In this document: positions 62,150 through 64,000 of the stretch, in pieces | How positions within the stretch are numbered: position 1 is the first letter of the stretch | How the letters are laid out: each line of letters starts with the position of its first letter | Assembly: GCA_035221665.1 (NCBI GenBank) | Contig: CM069149.1 | Span: forward strand, 13,392,001-13,456,000 | DNA: 64,000 bases | From: Okamejei kenojei | Lineage: Eukaryota | Direction: 5' to 3' | Made by a program: the position numbers and the translations under genes | Notes under the pieces: model-generated | What the model was told of the DNA's origin: nothing | Database searches by the model: none | What the model saw: the letters and a program-made list of their open reading frames with translations, nothing else

Positions 62150-63330
62150 AAGAGTCTCAATTGTCATTCAATTATTTTTAAACAGTGACATTTTTCATAT
62201 TCTTACAAGGGAATATATATCCACTCCACATCTCTCATGTCAAAACCCATCAGTAACGTTTTCGTTTCAATCTACCATGTCCTCTCTCATTCATCTATAC
62301 TACAGCAATTCTCATGACACAATCCATCTATTCCATGCACTAGTCCAGTAAACCTTCTCTGAACTGCTTCCAACATATTTATATCCTTCCTTAAATAAGC
62401 TCACGCATAGTACTCCAAATGTGTTTTTTGCCAATGCCCTGTAGAACTGAAACATAATCTCCTTACATTTCTAATACAAATCCACAGCAAGAAACAGTAA
62501 TATTCTGTTAGCTTTCCAGATTACTTGTGCATAGCAGATGAATGAATCAAGGTACTCAAATCCCTCTATTCTGCAGCGCTCTACAAACTATGACAATTTA
62601 GATTAAATATTCTCTAATTTCTCCAATTTCTTCCCCATATTATCCTCATTTTGTCAGACATTTGCCTACTCATTGAACCTATCTATATCCCATTGTAGCC
62701 TCATTACATCCTTGAGACAACTTATTATATATATCTGTGTCATCAGCACACTTAGTAACCATACCTCAGTGCCTTCAGCCATGGCATGTATATACATTGT
62801 AATAGATTGAGACTATTAGATCATGCCAATCCAAAATCATTAGATCCTTGTTTGGCAAGGTCGAATGATTAATAACTAATCGTTATTTCACGCCAACCAA
62901 AAAACGACTTATTCATGCCCACTATGTGTTTTCTGAGAGCCAGCCAATCTTCTAACCATGCCAAAAGTTACTTCCTATATCATGTTTCTATTTTCTGTGC
63001 CAATCTTTGATGCTGCACTTTATCAAATCCCCTATAGAAATCTAAGTATAATGTATCCATTGGTCCATTTTCACCCACAGGCATGTTACTTCTTCAAACA
63101 ACTCAAATACATTGATCAAACATGATTTCACTTTCAGAGAACTATGTTGACTTTGTCTGATTACCTTGAGTTTTTCAAAGAACATTTCTAAGTTTAAACA
63201 TAGTTTCCAACATTTTTGCTCTAGCAAATGCTAAGCTTATCTGACCTGCAGTTTCCTGCTTTCCTCCTTCCTCTTGAATAATGAAGTTACATTTGCTATT
63301 TTCCAATCTAATGGAGCCTTCCCTGAATTT
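62150..63330 (-). mobile_element. Degenerate CR1 RT-region remnant
   Basis: Minus-strand IRQSQHS..KSCLINVFELFEEVT resembles I..SQHGF.KGKSCLTNL.EFFEEVT. Confidence 0.65.
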
Positions 63331-64000
63331 TTGCTTCTTTGGAAGAAACAAAATACGAGTGGTTTTTATGAGCACTATTGGCAATTGGCGGAATTTAAAT
63401 GAATCCGATTACTTTCATGGGCATAGATTGTACAATGCGACAAACATTTTTCATTTGTGCAATGATAATGCTCCACTCTAATCTACATTCATATTATGCC
63501 AATTTATACATTGAATATGAATCAAATTGACTGCAGTCTGACCACATTATCTAAACGGAGTCTTTGATCTTTGAGTATCACATCAATTCTGACTGCTTCG
63601 GGAAGCATAAACTGAAATGACCCCTCCCCCCTTCCCCCTACCCACTGATAGTTTTTAAATGTTTCAGATCAAGAAACCTCTTGTTCCCTTGTCATGTGAT
63701 TTATATCGTCCTTCAGAAGATAACAGAGGACCATTTTTTACTTTAACACACCGTGAAAATTAATCTCAACCTTTACTGCATTATCAAGCACAGATACTTG
63801 GGGTTCTTTCAAACATTGAAGAAAATTTTATGATTGTAACATTTTGATAGAATCACGAAGGTAATTGCTCCATAATGAAACCAGACACATAATGAAACCA
63901 GACATATAAAAGCTAATAGGAAGTCAAAGGTCGATCCAAGGTTCATTCTTTTCCGAATGGAATATTTTTCTGTGAGTCCCTGTCTTTCTGTCTGATTGAG

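Noticed and set aside
1-64000. CRISPR arrays, operons, rRNA or prokaryotic defence systems
   Set aside because: The sequence is spliced vertebrate DNA; no regularly spaced repeat-spacer array or long intronless ORFs were seen.
61362-64000. ALX1 exon 4 (OAR domain, SSIAVLRMKAKEH-like)
   Set aside because: Not found in the remaining sequence; presumably downstream of the window.

Overview
Eukaryotic vertebrate genomic DNA, AT-rich and repeat-rich. The repeat content (HE1-type tRNA SINEs, CR1/HER1 and Rex1-type LINE fragments) points to a cartilaginous fish, probably a skate or ray; this is an inference. Two + strand genes lie in their conserved vertebrate order. The first is the 3' end of LRRIQ1: 7 coding exons, 774-41173, all splice phases consistent. 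The second is the paired-class homeobox gene ALX1/CART1: coding exons 1-3 at 46472-46694, 54088-54392 and 61233-61361, with the last exon beyond the window. A low-GC but CpG-rich domain (~43-50 kb) covers the ALX1 promoter. The rest is intronic or intergenic DNA with SINEs, LINE fragments, PIF/Harbinger-type MITEs, a Tc1 end, a Helitron-like element and a 1-kb element with a 7-bp TSD. The most notable signal is a family of about 13 short repeats carrying a minimal hammerhead-ribozyme core (CTGAAGA-A-stem-GAAACGTC), probably Penelope-derived, 7 of which cluster around the ALX1 promoter. Gene identities come from recalled orthologue sequences, not from a search. Repeat boundaries are approximate unless a TIR or TSD is given.
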